Virus record (IMG/VR): IMGVR_UViG_3300044954_000249
Location: 1 to 55,910 of that record
DNA: 55,910 bases
From: a virus
Lineage: Duplodnaviria; Caudoviricetes
Direction: 5' to 3' (one strand)
Of this stretch, positions 1-8,781 are shown piece after piece. The position numbers were made by a program, and so were the translations under genes. Under the pieces are notes generated by a model, which worked only from the letters and a program-made list of their open reading frames with translations, did no database searches and was not told where the DNA came from. The first letter of the stretch is position 1. Each line of letters starts with the position of its first letter.

Positions 1-50
1 CTCGATGACGAGCTTGGACTCGATGACGAGCTTGGACTCGATGACGAGCT
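1..50. repeat. 18-bp tandem repeat (ctcgatgacgagcttgga x2.8) encoding SSSSSP
   Basis: Copies at 1-18, 19-36 and a partial at 37-50, in frame with the minus-strand ORF; truncated by the window edge. Confidence 0.9.
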
Positions 51-2594
51 CGAGCTACAAGCGACATTAACGCAATTGTAATAATTTCCTACACTTACTC
101 CATATGTAGGGGTATATATATAAAAGCAACCATTTTCATTTTGGACTTGAAAAGATCTTTTGCATCCATTAGCTGTATATGTTCCATTAAAATCATAAGA
201 AGTTAATGGGCTTGATTGTTGTGAAAATAAAAGAGGATATCCGGCATTTGATGGATCACATTGATCGAGAGTGTAACAGCCACAAGTCAATGAAAGAGTT
301 GAAATTAATTGTGTATAATCTGGATCAGCATAAAGTCTGAACTCCCCAGATTCTACCTTTACATAATAAGTTGTACAACTAGATAAACTACTAGAGGAAC
401 TGCTAGATGAGCTAGAAACAACAGAAGAGCTCGAACTGCTAGAGACACTGGAACAAATTGAGGGCTCCGAGCAACAACCGTCATATTGTCTAAATTGAAT
501 ATGTAATCCAATGCTATTTGTTCCTGTTTGACTTGTCGCTTCACATACTTTATATTGACCATCTTTATTGAAAACAGAGAATGCTCTTAAAGTTATAGTG
601 TGGCTATTAACAAAAACATTTGTTTGCTGTAAAACGTTAAAATTAAGAAGCCTGCTATCTGTAGGAATCGGCATTGTATTCCTATCGAAAAGAATACTTC
701 CTCTAAGCGTGCCAAGTCCCTGCTCTGTAGCAAAACAACTAAAAACGGCGTCGGGGACTGCCGCACTAGTCTTCAATATCCAATATTCATTTTGATTATT
801 AGTTGTTGTTACTGAAGTTATTGATACCGGCGGTTGAGATAGGTCATTTAGTTGGGTATTTACATCAAACGTGTCTACGGGTCCAGCCCCTATAGAAGCA
901 ATGACGACATACTCTCTATTTGATTGACCATCTGGGTCCGAAACAGACAAGGTAAACGGCAAAAAAACTATACACCCATTGATATTCGTTACTTTAAATG
1001 TAAGGTAATAATCGCCAATTTCTCTTGGGGTTATCGAGGAACTACTGAGGTTTACGGTGAACGCATTAACGGGCGAAGTCAAGTATGATACAGTTAACCA
1101 GCTCGGAGCATTATATACTTCTACGTTCGTTGCTGAAAATATATCAGAAACAACAACGTCTTGATTAAGGGGTTTGCAAATATCAACAGTTAAACTGGAA
1201 ATGGAGAGCGACGGACTTGTTGAACAAGGACAATTCCCAGAAGTCACGCCTACTGGTAATAATATATCTTCAGCACATCCCAAAGAGTTAATTATTGTGA
1301 AGAGGATCGAATGACTTCCATCATCTAAATAAGTTATAGCTGATGGATCTACCCCTACGGTTATAGATGTGTCTCCCGGGAAGAAGGACCCACTTAGACT
1401 CAAATTTGCCAGAGAAGAAAAGAACGAAATCTCAGCTATACCATCTGGATCACTTATAGTAAAAGTACTCGCTATTGGGGCGCAAGAATTTATAGCTAAA
1501 GAACTTATAGATAAAGTAGCATTTGTAGTACTACAAGAAGAAACGGAGCTTAATGACGAGCTAGAATCCGACGAGCTAGAACTAGACGAGCTAGATGAAC
1601 TACTGACACATGAAGAATTTGGGTTTATTTTACATGCTTTTATTTTTATGGAGTATCCACAAGTGCTAGAAGGAACACTCGATTGAGAGAAATCAGAGCA
1701 AAGAGACTGGTCTTGAACACTGAAATAGTCTTGACCACATTCAACACAGTCGCTATAAGTCTTGGCAAAAACACGCCTACGTGCCTGTGAGATAAGTGGG
1801 GTGGGATCCCCATCAATAGGAACGCTTGGAGATAAAATTTCGAATTTATGACAAAAACTCCATCCACAAAACTTTAAGAATTCTCCGGCCTGAACTGGGG
1901 AGGTAGTAAATATGTAATAATCATACGCCCCCCGTAAAAAAAGTATCCTATACCTCAAGGAGCAATCACGCGAACTCCTCCAACGTTGAAGCTCCGTCCT
2001 AATTTTAGTCCTATAATAAACAGGTCCGGCGTAAGATGAAGATGACGAAGATGATGACGAAGAACAATCTCCGTCCCCAATTACATTTACTTCTTCACCG
2101 GCAATTATAGAATATCCACGAGAAGAATATACGCTAGAGAAAAGGCTTAGGGCATCATTTCTTGCTTCCGCCTCCGTATCACCACTCCCCACTATTGTTA
2201 TTACGCTATTCGATAAACAACAATCATCGGCAGCAGGATCTTCAGTAGCAAAAGTAACTCCATTTATCCCAGTGGCGGCTGCTCCAAGACCGAAAGGCCC
2301 CGCGCCATAATTCCAACCAGAAACATATGTTATCGCACTACTGAAAAAATTCACTCCATTTACAAGGGGTATCCATGCGGATTGAGCATTGTATGTGGGA
2401 TAGTATTGGCTTTGGTAATCAACCTCCTCCTGAGTCGCGCCTCTGAAAGAAACCGTTATGGCCGTATTAGGATCTGGAAGCGTATACCTATAGCAAAAGC
2501 TACGCCCATCGAAACCCTCAGCGCAAATTATAATCGAAGTAATATTAGAATTCGCTGACCTTGTAATCGTCGATGATTTGTTAGTTATAGGCAT
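3..2594 (-). CDS. Large Ser/Cys-rich virion or adhesin-like protein (partial, >=864 aa, runs off the left edge)
   Basis: Manual translation from ATG at 2594 (MPITNKSSTITRSANSNITSIIICAEGFDGRSFCY...) finds no stop to the window edge. Four poly-Ser tracts, many Cys, two Ig-like repeats (LSISSL..C..), and a DQCDPSNAGYPLLFS motif like those in phage fibre proteins. Confidence 0.85.
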   Translation of the reverse strand, partial: MPITNKSSTITRSANSNITSIIICAEGFDGRSFCYRYTLPDPNTAITVSFRGATQEEVDYQSQYYPTYNAQSAWIPLVNGVNFFSSAITYVSGWNYGAGPFGLGAAATGINGVTFATEDPAADDCCLSNSVITIVGSGDTEAEARNDALSLFSSVYSSRGYSIIAGEEVNVIGDGDCSSSSSSSSSSYAGPVYYRTKIRTELQRWRSSRDCSLRYRILFLRGAYDYYIFTTSPVQAGEFLKFCGWSFCHKFEILSPSVPIDGDPTPLISQARRRVFAKTYSDCVECGQDYFSVQDQSLCSDFSQSSVPSSTCGYSIKIKACKINPNSSCVSSSSSSSSSSSSDSSSSLSSVSSCSTTNATLSISSLAINSCAPIASTFTISDPDGIAEISFFSSLANLSLSGSFFPGDTSITVGVDPSAITYLDDGSHSILFTIINSLGCAEDILLPVGVTSGNCPCSTSPSLSISSLTVDICKPLNQDVVVSDIFSATNVEVYNAPSWLTVSYLTSPVNAFTVNLSSSSITPREIGDYYLTFKVTNINGCIVFLPFTLSVSDPDGQSNREYVVIASIGAGPVDTFDVNTQLNDLSQPPVSITSVTTTNNQNEYWILKTSAAVPDAVFSCFATEQGLGTLRGSILFDRNTMPIPTDSRLLNFNVLQQTNVFVNSHTITLRAFSVFNKDGQYKVCEATSQTGTNSIGLHIQFRQYDGCCSEPSICSSVSSSSSSSVVSSSSSSSSSSLSSCTTYYVKVESGEFRLYADPDYTQLISTLSLTCGCYTLDQCDPSNAGYPLLFSQQSSPLTSYDFNGTYTANGCKRSFQVQNENGCFYIYTPTYGVSVGNYYNCVNVACSSSSSSSPSSSSSPSSSS

Positions 2595-2609
2595 TCTTAT
2601 CCTATTATC

Positions 2610-2615
2610 TTACAC
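2610..2615 (-). promoter_or_regulatory. GTGTAA motif, putative phage-sigma (late) promoter
   Basis: ttttaGTGTAAgataatagg 15 nt upstream of ATG 2594; the motif recurs before other gene starts. Confidence 0.55.
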
Positions 2616-2633
2616 TAAAAGACTATTTTTAAA

Positions 2634-2663
2634 TAAAAAAACCCCCTATTGGAGGGGGGGGTT
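2634..2663 (-). terminator. Rho-independent terminator
   Basis: Minus strand aaccccc-ccctccaata-gggggtt followed by a T run, downstream of the 2688..2897 ORF. Confidence 0.7.
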
Positions 2664-2687
2664 ACTCTTTTCTTTATATTAATTCCC

Positions 2688-2897
2688 TTAGTAAAGGGTA
2701 AATTCATCACTTTTTATATCGTCCCACTGAATCTTGCCTTCGCTCTCTTTAGCTTTTTCCTCCCTCTTAAAGATAGAAAGACAAATAGCTACTCTTTGTT
2801 TGTCATTTTTAAATTCGCTCTTCATGCCCTCATCAGACATGCATCTTGAGATAAATTTATCCTTTTCTTCTTTATTATGTGGTTTAGGTAATGGCAT
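2688..2897 (-). CDS. Small conserved phage protein (MPLPxP...FISRCM type)
   Basis: 69-aa ORF with an N-terminal pattern recurrent in phage genomes. Confidence 0.75.
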   Translation of the reverse strand: MPLPKPHNKEEKDKFISRCMSDEGMKSEFKNDKQRVAICLSIFKREEKAKESEGKIQWDDIKSDEFTLY

Positions 2898-2900
2898 AAA

Positions 2901-3107
2901 TTAGTTCAACCAATTATTATAAATATGCTCTAATAGGGCGGCCATAGCTTCTTTAGGCGAGACTTTTGCCGAATTCTCTCCGCCAAGTAAATAAAGAGCC
3001 TCGGCTACCCCATCTTCGTAAAATCTTATAGCATTATATTGATATACATTTACCACTAAACTACAAAATAAGACGGCTGGCATTATATGTTTTCTAAGTA
3101 ATTCCAT
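2901..3107 (-). CDS. Hypothetical protein with N-terminal hydrophobic segment
   Basis: 68-aa ORF, 3 nt from the next gene, preceded by GTGTAA at 3118-3123. Confidence 0.65.
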   Translation of the reverse strand: MELLRKHIMPAVLFCSLVVNVYQYNAIRFYEDGVAEALYLLGGENSAKVSPKEAMAALLEHIYNNWLN

Positions 3108-3138
3108 CCCATATAGATTACACTAAAAATAGAAGGAA

Positions 3139-3212
3139 TGGTACGTACAGAAGGGGTCAAACCTCCGACTTGCTCGGTATAAACGAGCCGCTCTACCACT
3201 GAGCTTGCACGC
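3139..3212 (-). tRNA. tRNA-Ile (anticodon UAU), atypical, possibly degenerate
   Basis: Reverse complement GCGTGCA-A-GCTC-AGTGGTA-GAGC-G-GCTCG-TTTATAC-CGAGC-AAGTC-GGAGG-TTTGACC-CCTTC-TGTACGT-A-CCA folds as a cloverleaf with encoded CCA. U8 is missing and the T loop is non-canonical. Confidence 0.8.
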
Positions 3213-3490
3213 TAGAATGAGCAAAAAACTGCGCCGCCTTCACATATATCAACTGATTCTACGTTAAAATGAGTCTTTATCTCGCTTTTATCTGAATCAG
3301 TTAATATATTGCACACAGATCTAAATCCATTTATTGCTGAAATTTCTCTAGCTTTCCTATTACATCCACATCCACCAGATAGACCATTTATGAGGTTAAA
3401 AAGGGCTAATAGTCTCATGTTTTGAGTAGAAAACTTGACCGCTACAATTTCTTTACCGAATTCTAAATGACCGTTAATGATTTTTTTCAT
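3212..3490 (-). CDS. Hypothetical protein (GCGC motif)
   Basis: 92-aa ORF overlapping the upstream gene end. Confidence 0.65.
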   Translation of the reverse strand: MKKIINGHLEFGKEIVAVKFSTQNMRLLALFNLINGLSGGCGCNRKAREISAINGFRSVCNILTDSDKSEIKTHFNVESVDICEGGAVFCSF

Positions 3491-3827
3491 ATATCCTCTT
3501 AATAGAAAAGTAAATTAGTATCGTAATTAAATATGTCCCAGCAATATTTGTTAGTGAATTACCCCAACAAAAAATAAAACCAATCCAAAATCCAAAGCAA
3601 AAAGGACAAGATATCAATCTTGTAACGAAATTGTCCACCTTAATATTTAAAAAAATAGGATAATTGAGGAAAATATTAGACTGTTTAGTCTGAAGGTATT
3701 CTTCAAATAGGGTAATCTTCTTAAGGCCTAAAAGGTTTAGATACTCGGGTAAAGCGTCGGTTTCAAACCATACAGTAAGTAGAAACGCGGCCCAAATTGC
3801 GTTCTCTAAGCACGTAGATAATTCCAT
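3474..3827 (-). CDS. Membrane protein, DUF1360-like
   Basis: Hydrophobic helices plus LISCPFCFGFW (CPxC..W) motif. Confidence 0.65.
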   Translation of the reverse strand: MELSTCLENAIWAAFLLTVWFETDALPEYLNLLGLKKITLFEEYLQTKQSNIFLNYPIFLNIKVDNFVTRLISCPFCFGFWIGFIFCWGNSLTNIAGTYLITILIYFSIKRIYEKNH

Positions 3828-3834
3828 ATGCTTT

Positions 3835-3863
3835 ATAATATCAAGATCTTACCCGTAAGTCAA
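3835..3863 (-). promoter_or_regulatory. Sigma70-type promoter, leaderless
   Basis: TTGACT-17nt-TATTAT, then 7 nt to ATG 3827. Confidence 0.7.
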
Positions 3864-3898
3864 TTCTTCGTATAACCTAATGTGTTAACTTTTCTTTA

Positions 3899-4250
3899 GG
3901 AAGTAAAGCATAATATCCCCTAGAAAAATCTAGGAGATATTATGTGTGCCTACTTTCTTTGAGGCCCTGTTTTAGCAATGCGGATGGGACATACCGCGCA
4001 CACCATAATTAGCTTAACGCTAAAAGTGACTACCATTTTATAATGGCGAGAGAGACCGTACCACAAAGAACTCTGCTTACGTCACCTTACCCTGCTTACG
4101 CAAACGCTGGGATCGGCTCTAGTAATTAACTAGATGTCTTTTCTTCCTGTATGGACAGGAATAGTCATCCCTTGATCGGAAATAGACCAGTTTCCACCCT
4201 ACTTTACTTCGGTTATCTTGGGAAAACTTCACCGATTTCTCTCGGCAAGC
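3899..4250 (-). ncRNA. Candidate large structured ncRNA of unknown class
   Basis: ORF-free region with at least 7 hairpins and an 11-bp long-range helix (4200-4210 with 3900-3910). Plus-strand mismatches become G-U pairs on the minus strand. Confidence 0.55.
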
Positions 4251-4270
4251 TTAAAAAGGATTTCCTTTTT

Positions 4271-4750
4271 TTAAAGACCAGTACTTCCAAAACCATTTTG
4301 ACCTCTATCAGAAATATTTAATTCATTCTTTTCTTCCCACTCAATGTCATAATATTTTTCTATTATGAGCTGGGCAATCCTATCCCCCTTAGAGATAGAA
4401 AATGAATTGGAAGAACCAAATAAATTTTTATAAGCTGTTGCTGATGGAGATTTACTCTCTATTATTTGATTGAGATTGATGAGAACTACTCCAATTTCAT
4501 CTCTATATCCAGAATCAACTACTCCAGCAAGCACATCTATGCCTTTCTTTACTGCTAATCCGCTTCTTGGGGCGATTCTTCCGTAGTAGCCTTCTGGGAT
4601 TTCTATTGCTATACCAATAGGAATTACTCTTCTTTCGAGTGGCGGAATAATTGCTGATTCACAAGCAAATAAATCATAACCAGCGTCTCCGACCCTAGAC
4701 CTTGTCGGCAAAATGGCTTGTGGTTTTAGTTTTACTATTCCGACTTTCAT
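4271..4750 (-). CDS. dut: Trimeric dUTPase
   Basis: Motifs AGYDL, PRSGLA, GVVDSGYRDEI, GDRIAQL, RGQNGFGSTG. Confidence 0.97.
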   Translation of the reverse strand: MKVGIVKLKPQAILPTRSRVGDAGYDLFACESAIIPPLERRVIPIGIAIEIPEGYYGRIAPRSGLAVKKGIDVLAGVVDSGYRDEIGVVLINLNQIIESKSPSATAYKNLFGSSNSFSISKGDRIAQLIIEKYYDIEWEEKNELNISDRGQNGFGSTGL

Positions 4751-4757
4751 CTAAAAG

Positions 4758-4786
4758 ATAGTAGTGTTTTTCTTTAAATCTGTCAA
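4758..4786 (-). promoter_or_regulatory. Sigma70-type promoter, leaderless
   Basis: TTGACA-17nt-TACTAT, then 7 nt to the dut ATG. Confidence 0.75.
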
Positions 4787-5239
4787 TTGAAAATGGCGTC
4801 GAAGCCAAGTATGACAATTTTGGATGCATCAAATAAATTATTTCTTTGGTTTTCAGAAAGGGAAAGTTTTAACATAAACGAGCATTCCGATAAAGAAGAT
4901 TTCTTCGAAAGTAAAAAGTTCAGCAAAACTGACTTAGCGGCATTGATCGGCGCTCTAGATGAATTCGAAAAAATGGAAGTAATTAAAAAGATCGAAGTAG
5001 ACGGGCAAGCAATCTATATTCTAAAAAAGTCATTTGAATCATTTGAGCAGACTATAAAGTTCTCCCCAGAAACGTGCAGATCAATTTCTGAATTTATTAA
5101 TGGGTTTTGTGATATGATAAAGAATGAAACAGATAGATGTGACGTTAAAAACGTGACGGAGAAAGACGTGAAAAACCTCTTAATGATTGCAACTAACTTA
5201 CTTAAACTCGAAGCATCAAAAGAAAAGGGGAGCGAATAA
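4787..5239 (+). CDS. Hypothetical protein (true start may be 4793 or 4811)
   Basis: 150-aa ORF abutting the next gene. Confidence 0.7.
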   Translation: MKMASKPSMTILDASNKLFLWFSERESFNINEHSDKEDFFESKKFSKTDLAALIGALDEFEKMEVIKKIEVDGQAIYILKKSFESFEQTIKFSPETCRSISEFINGFCDMIKNETDRCDVKNVTEKDVKNLLMIATNLLKLEASKEKGSE

Positions 5240-5866
5240 ATGTATATAGGAATAAGCGGATTAGCGGGCGTTGGCAAAGATCTTTTCCTAAAGCTCTTTT
5301 CTGAAGAGATTTCTAAATTGCATCTTACATGCAAAAGATTTGCTTTAGCTGATGAACTCAAAAACGAAATAAATCCAATCCTTCTATCTAAGCATGGTAT
5401 TAATATATTCTCTTGTTCGCGAGAGCAGAAAGAAACAGTAAGACACCTACTTGTTTCTCATGCAAAAATCAAGAGAGAACAAACAAGCGGTCGATATTGG
5501 ATAAATAAGCTCGAAGAAAAAATTGAAAGAGAACAAAAGCCCATAGATTTCGTTTGTATTACTGACATTAGATACGATGAATATGAAAACGATGAAGTAT
5601 CTTGGCTTAAAAATGAAAAGAATGGAATTCTAGTTCATATCTCCAAATACAAAGAGGTTAATGGAAAAAAAATGTTCCAAAATCCACCGAATGACGAGGA
5701 GGCCAGAAATGATCCTAAGTTAAAAAGTCAAGCTGATTACAAAATTTGTTGGCCTCACATGGGTGAAAATAGTTTTAATCCCTTAATTAGAAAAGAGATA
5801 TTGAATTTCTCGAAATGGATTTCTATTAAACATGAGCGGAAACAAACCACATTGGAAAACCATTAA
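5240..5866 (+). CDS. Deoxynucleoside monophosphate kinase-like P-loop protein
   Basis: IGISGLAGVGKD P-loop, FALADELK and ITDIRY..NE motifs. Confidence 0.8.
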   Translation: MYIGISGLAGVGKDLFLKLFSEEISKLHLTCKRFALADELKNEINPILLSKHGINIFSCSREQKETVRHLLVSHAKIKREQTSGRYWINKLEEKIEREQKPIDFVCITDIRYDEYENDEVSWLKNEKNGILVHISKYKEVNGKKMFQNPPNDEEARNDPKLKSQADYKICWPHMGENSFNPLIRKEILNFSKWISIKHERKQTTLENH

Positions 5867-6293
5867 GGAACTCTTTAGCAGCCTAAAGAAGCAGAATATC
5901 CAAAAAGACCTGAAAATTGCTCCGGTCTTAGCGGTTTATTCTTCTGAGCCGGTTAAGTTAAGGGCCGAAGCTGGTAATATATTCAATATAGATACTAAAG
6001 GAAGTGAATATGTTTATCTTTTAAATGTCTTTAAATTTAAAGAGATTAAAACTTATTATCGGTGTTGCTTAGAGGTGGAGATTATCGGGCGAGACGAAGA
6101 TGAGAATGCTAATGAAGAAAAAATATATGGGCAAGACGAGCTAGACCAAGTAGCAGCTTTTATTACAATCCCTAATCGGTTATTTAACATAACCAATAAA
6201 AAGAAAAAGGTAATAACATTTAAAGATATTGAACTAGACTTTAAAGAATATATCAGATTTATTAATATATGGAAAAAAGAAAAGATGACATAA
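5832..6293 (+). CDS. Hypothetical protein
   Basis: 153-aa ORF packed in the operon. Confidence 0.65.
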   Translation: MSGNKPHWKTIKELFSSLKKQNIQKDLKIAPVLAVYSSEPVKLRAEAGNIFNIDTKGSEYVYLLNVFKFKEIKTYYRCCLEVEIIGRDEDENANEEKIYGQDELDQVAAFITIPNRLFNITNKKKKVITFKDIELDFKEYIRFINIWKKEKMT

Positions 6294-6877
6294 TTTTAAT
6301 TAATAAAATTAAAAAAAGAAACTGCGAGAAAAGCCTAAAAGATCTGATAGATAAACATTCGGCTTTATGTATTGATGTATATCGTAAATATGCAGCCCCG
6401 ATGATAAAATCAGGCGTTTGCATAGACCTTTCTTTTAAAGATAAGGATTTGCTTATTTATAAAGCCGCTCTGTCATTCAAAAGCAATAAGAAAACAAAGT
6501 TCTCGACGTGGCTTGGAAATCAAATCAGATATTTTTGTCTAAACTCCATAAATAAAAACGACTTGATTCCGACCGAAGAAGAAATCATCAACCACCACTT
6601 AAATAAAGAAAACTATATAACAGAGTCTAATAATAAGAGCGTGAAGGAGAATGTCGAATACGTTTTCAATATCCTCGACCAAATTAAGGATAAGAGGGTA
6701 GAAAGGGTTTTCTCCCAAAGATATTTTATAAATCCAAATAAAAAGTCTTCTTGGGCTTCTATAGCTAAAAACTTGGGGGTCACTACTCAAACCGTCATTA
6801 ATCTCCACAATAAGGGAATGAAGATCCTCAGAAAAAAAATGAACTCAAAAGATGAATTTGTCATTGACATAATTTAA
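6269..6877 (+). CDS. Phage RNA polymerase sigma factor (sigma70 family, regions 2 and 4)
   Basis: YKAALSFK...TKFSTWLGNQIR (region 2) and SWASIAKNLGVTTQTVINLH HTH (region 4). Confidence 0.8.
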   Translation: MEKRKDDIILINKIKKRNCEKSLKDLIDKHSALCIDVYRKYAAPMIKSGVCIDLSFKDKDLLIYKAALSFKSNKKTKFSTWLGNQIRYFCLNSINKNDLIPTEEEIINHHLNKENYITESNNKSVKENVEYVFNILDQIKDKRVERVFSQRYFINPNKKSSWASIAKNLGVTTQTVINLHNKGMKILRKKMNSKDEFVIDII

Positions 6878-6892
6878 AACTAATGTTATCTT
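6864..6892 (+). promoter_or_regulatory. Sigma70-type promoter
   Basis: TTGACA-17nt-TATCTT, then 9 nt to ATG 6902. Confidence 0.7.
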
Positions 6893-6901
6893 AATAAAAG
6901 C

Positions 6902-7219
6902 ATGAGCACAAATGCAACAACAACTAAATCAGATGGTGTATCTGACATGAAGCGCCGCGAGGTGGGTGCTTTGTGGAAGAAGGAAAGCAAGAGCACCGGT
7001 CAGAAGTTTTTGACTGGCCACGTTAAGTTCAATGAGTTTGGCGAGGAAAAGCTCGTCAAGATCATCGTCTTTTCCAACAAGAATAAGAAAGACAATGCGA
7101 AGGCTCCAGCCTTCATTATCTATCTTTCAAGAGAGGATGGCCAAACTTCGGCGGCTCCACGAGCCGCAGAGAGTAAGGACGCTCCTCCGCCAGAAAGCAC
7201 TGAAGAGAGCGTGCTCTGA
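6902..7219 (+). CDS. DUF736-like, putative ssDNA-binding protein
   Basis: VGALWKKES..GQKFLTG and NK.K....P.F motifs, acidic/Pro tail, own promoter and terminator. Confidence 0.55.
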   Translation: MSTNATTTKSDGVSDMKRREVGALWKKESKSTGQKFLTGHVKFNEFGEEKLVKIIVFSNKNKKDNAKAPAFIIYLSREDGQTSAAPRAAESKDAPPPESTEESVL

Positions 7220-7228
7220 TAACGTCAA

Positions 7229-7253
7229 CCCCTCAGTAAAATGAGGGGCTTTT
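7229..7253 (+). terminator. Rho-independent terminator
   Basis: cccctca-gtaaaa-tgagggg-ctttt just after the stop codon. Confidence 0.75.
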
Positions 7254-7261
7254 AATTTATT

Positions 7262-8344
7262 ATGATTAGCTTAAATTTGCCAATTAACGGGGTAAGTTTC
7301 GGACAAGTTTCAACTGGCTTTTTAAGAGAGCTCCATAGAAGAGAAGAAGAATCCATTCTATCTTTAATAGCCAATAACGCTGACCTATCCTCCCAAAAGG
7401 AAGATTCTAATTTTAATGAATGGATAAGAAGCGCCGTTTTTAATTTTCTTCCCTTCCATAATAGGAAGAATAAGATCTTTAAGCTTTGGCATATTAATGG
7501 TTCAATGGAGTCTTTCAGTGAAAAGCAGGTTTTACTCTCTTTTTATGAACTTGATAATCCAACCAGACACGAAGTTAATATTGTAAAGAACAATTACAAA
7601 GTCCTTTTCTCGGCTCAGGAGTCCGTAGACATTTTTAGAAATTTAGGGTGTGATAACGTTGAGTATATTCCTCTTTACTTTGACTCAGATAATTTTAAGA
7701 TTACCAATAAACAGTACTTTGAGGATGGCAGAATTGTTTTCAATGTAGCGGGTAAGCTCGAGAGAAGGAAGCATCATGTTAAGACAATAAGGGCTTGGGC
7801 TCGTAAGTATGGGAATAATCCAAAGTATTCTTTGCAATGCGCCATTTATAATAATTTCCTTACCCCGGAACAGAATCAAACCTTAGTAAATCAAATAACA
7901 GAGGGCAAAAAGTACTTCAATATTAATTTCTTGGGTTTCATGGGTAAGAATGAAATTTATAATGACTATTTAAATTCGGCAGATATTATTATTTCTATGT
8001 CTGGAGGCGAAGGATGGGGGCTCCCCGAATTCCAGTCTGTTGCAATGGGCAAACATTCAGTTACTCTTGATGCGTCCGGCTATAAGGGTTGGGCAAATAA
8101 AAAAAATTCAGTTCTAGTAAAGCCTTCTGGGAAGATCACTTCTGTCGATAATATATTCTTTAGAAATGGAGACTTATTTAATCAGGGCGACATCTACGAC
8201 TTTACAGAAGATAGTTTTATAGATGGATGTGAAGAGGCCATTAAAAGATTTGAGAAGTCCAAAGTCAATGGGGAGGGGCTAAAGCTCCAACAAGAATTTT
8301 CTGTGCAAAAATTTACTGACAAAATATTAAATTATTTAAAATAA
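7262..8344 (+). CDS. GT-B glycosyltransferase (GT4-like)
   Basis: GKLERRK and SGGEGWGLPEFQSVAMG motifs. Confidence 0.85.
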   Translation: MISLNLPINGVSFGQVSTGFLRELHRREEESILSLIANNADLSSQKEDSNFNEWIRSAVFNFLPFHNRKNKIFKLWHINGSMESFSEKQVLLSFYELDNPTRHEVNIVKNNYKVLFSAQESVDIFRNLGCDNVEYIPLYFDSDNFKITNKQYFEDGRIVFNVAGKLERRKHHVKTIRAWARKYGNNPKYSLQCAIYNNFLTPEQNQTLVNQITEGKKYFNINFLGFMGKNEIYNDYLNSADIIISMSGGEGWGLPEFQSVAMGKHSVTLDASGYKGWANKKNSVLVKPSGKITSVDNIFFRNGDLFNQGDIYDFTEDSFIDGCEEAIKRFEKSKVNGEGLKLQQEFSVQKFTDKILNYLK

Positions 8345-8345
8345 C

Positions 8346-8687
8346 ATGCCGATTTATATTTTTCAGAGCCCTAAGACTGGAGAAGTAAAGGAGATACTTC
8401 AAAATATAAATGATGATCATTCTTATTCTGAGGGAGGAGTAGTTTGGCAAAGGATTTTTACTGTCCCCAATGCGGCAATAGATACAAAAAATGACATTTT
8501 CGATTCAAAGGGGTTCGCTGCTAAAACAATGAATAAGAAGGGTAGTGTTGGAGATTTGTTTGATGCCGCAAAAGAAGCCAGTGAAAAAAGAGAAAAAATT
8601 ACTGGCAAAGACCCGATAAAGCAAGATTATTTTAAAAAATGGAGCGCCAAGAGAAAAGGTAAAAAGCATCCATTAGATAGGGGTTGA
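8346..8687 (+). CDS. FmdB-like small protein (zinc cysteines absent)
   Basis: MPIYIF...TGEVKE N-terminus. Confidence 0.55.
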   Translation: MPIYIFQSPKTGEVKEILQNINDDHSYSEGGVVWQRIFTVPNAAIDTKNDIFDSKGFAAKTMNKKGSVGDLFDAAKEASEKREKITGKDPIKQDYFKKWSAKRKGKKHPLDRG

Positions 8688-8781
8688 TACACTCTTTCCC
8701 GTTCAGTAAAAAAAAAATTCTTCTGTTAGTAGTTTTTTCTTTCTTTTTCCTCCCACTTGTTGTAAAGTATATAACTGAATT

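Noticed and set aside
1-50. Direct repeats as a CRISPR array
   Set aside because: Head-to-tail 18-mers with no spacers that encode SSSSSP in frame.
359-1867. Track ORFs 359..562, 568..795, 1369..1686 and 1646..1867
   Set aside because: Shadows of the long minus-strand ORF 3..2594; the ELDELDE run is the antisense of a Ser tract.
3899-4250. tmRNA, RNase P RNA or group I intron
   Set aside because: No tRNA-like ends, no GAGGAAAGUCC motif and no interrupted gene. Judged by eye only; an Rfam scan is still needed.
8688-8781. NrdR box or riboswitch upstream of nrdA
   Set aside because: No convincing NrdR palindrome or stable structure; mostly A and T tracts.
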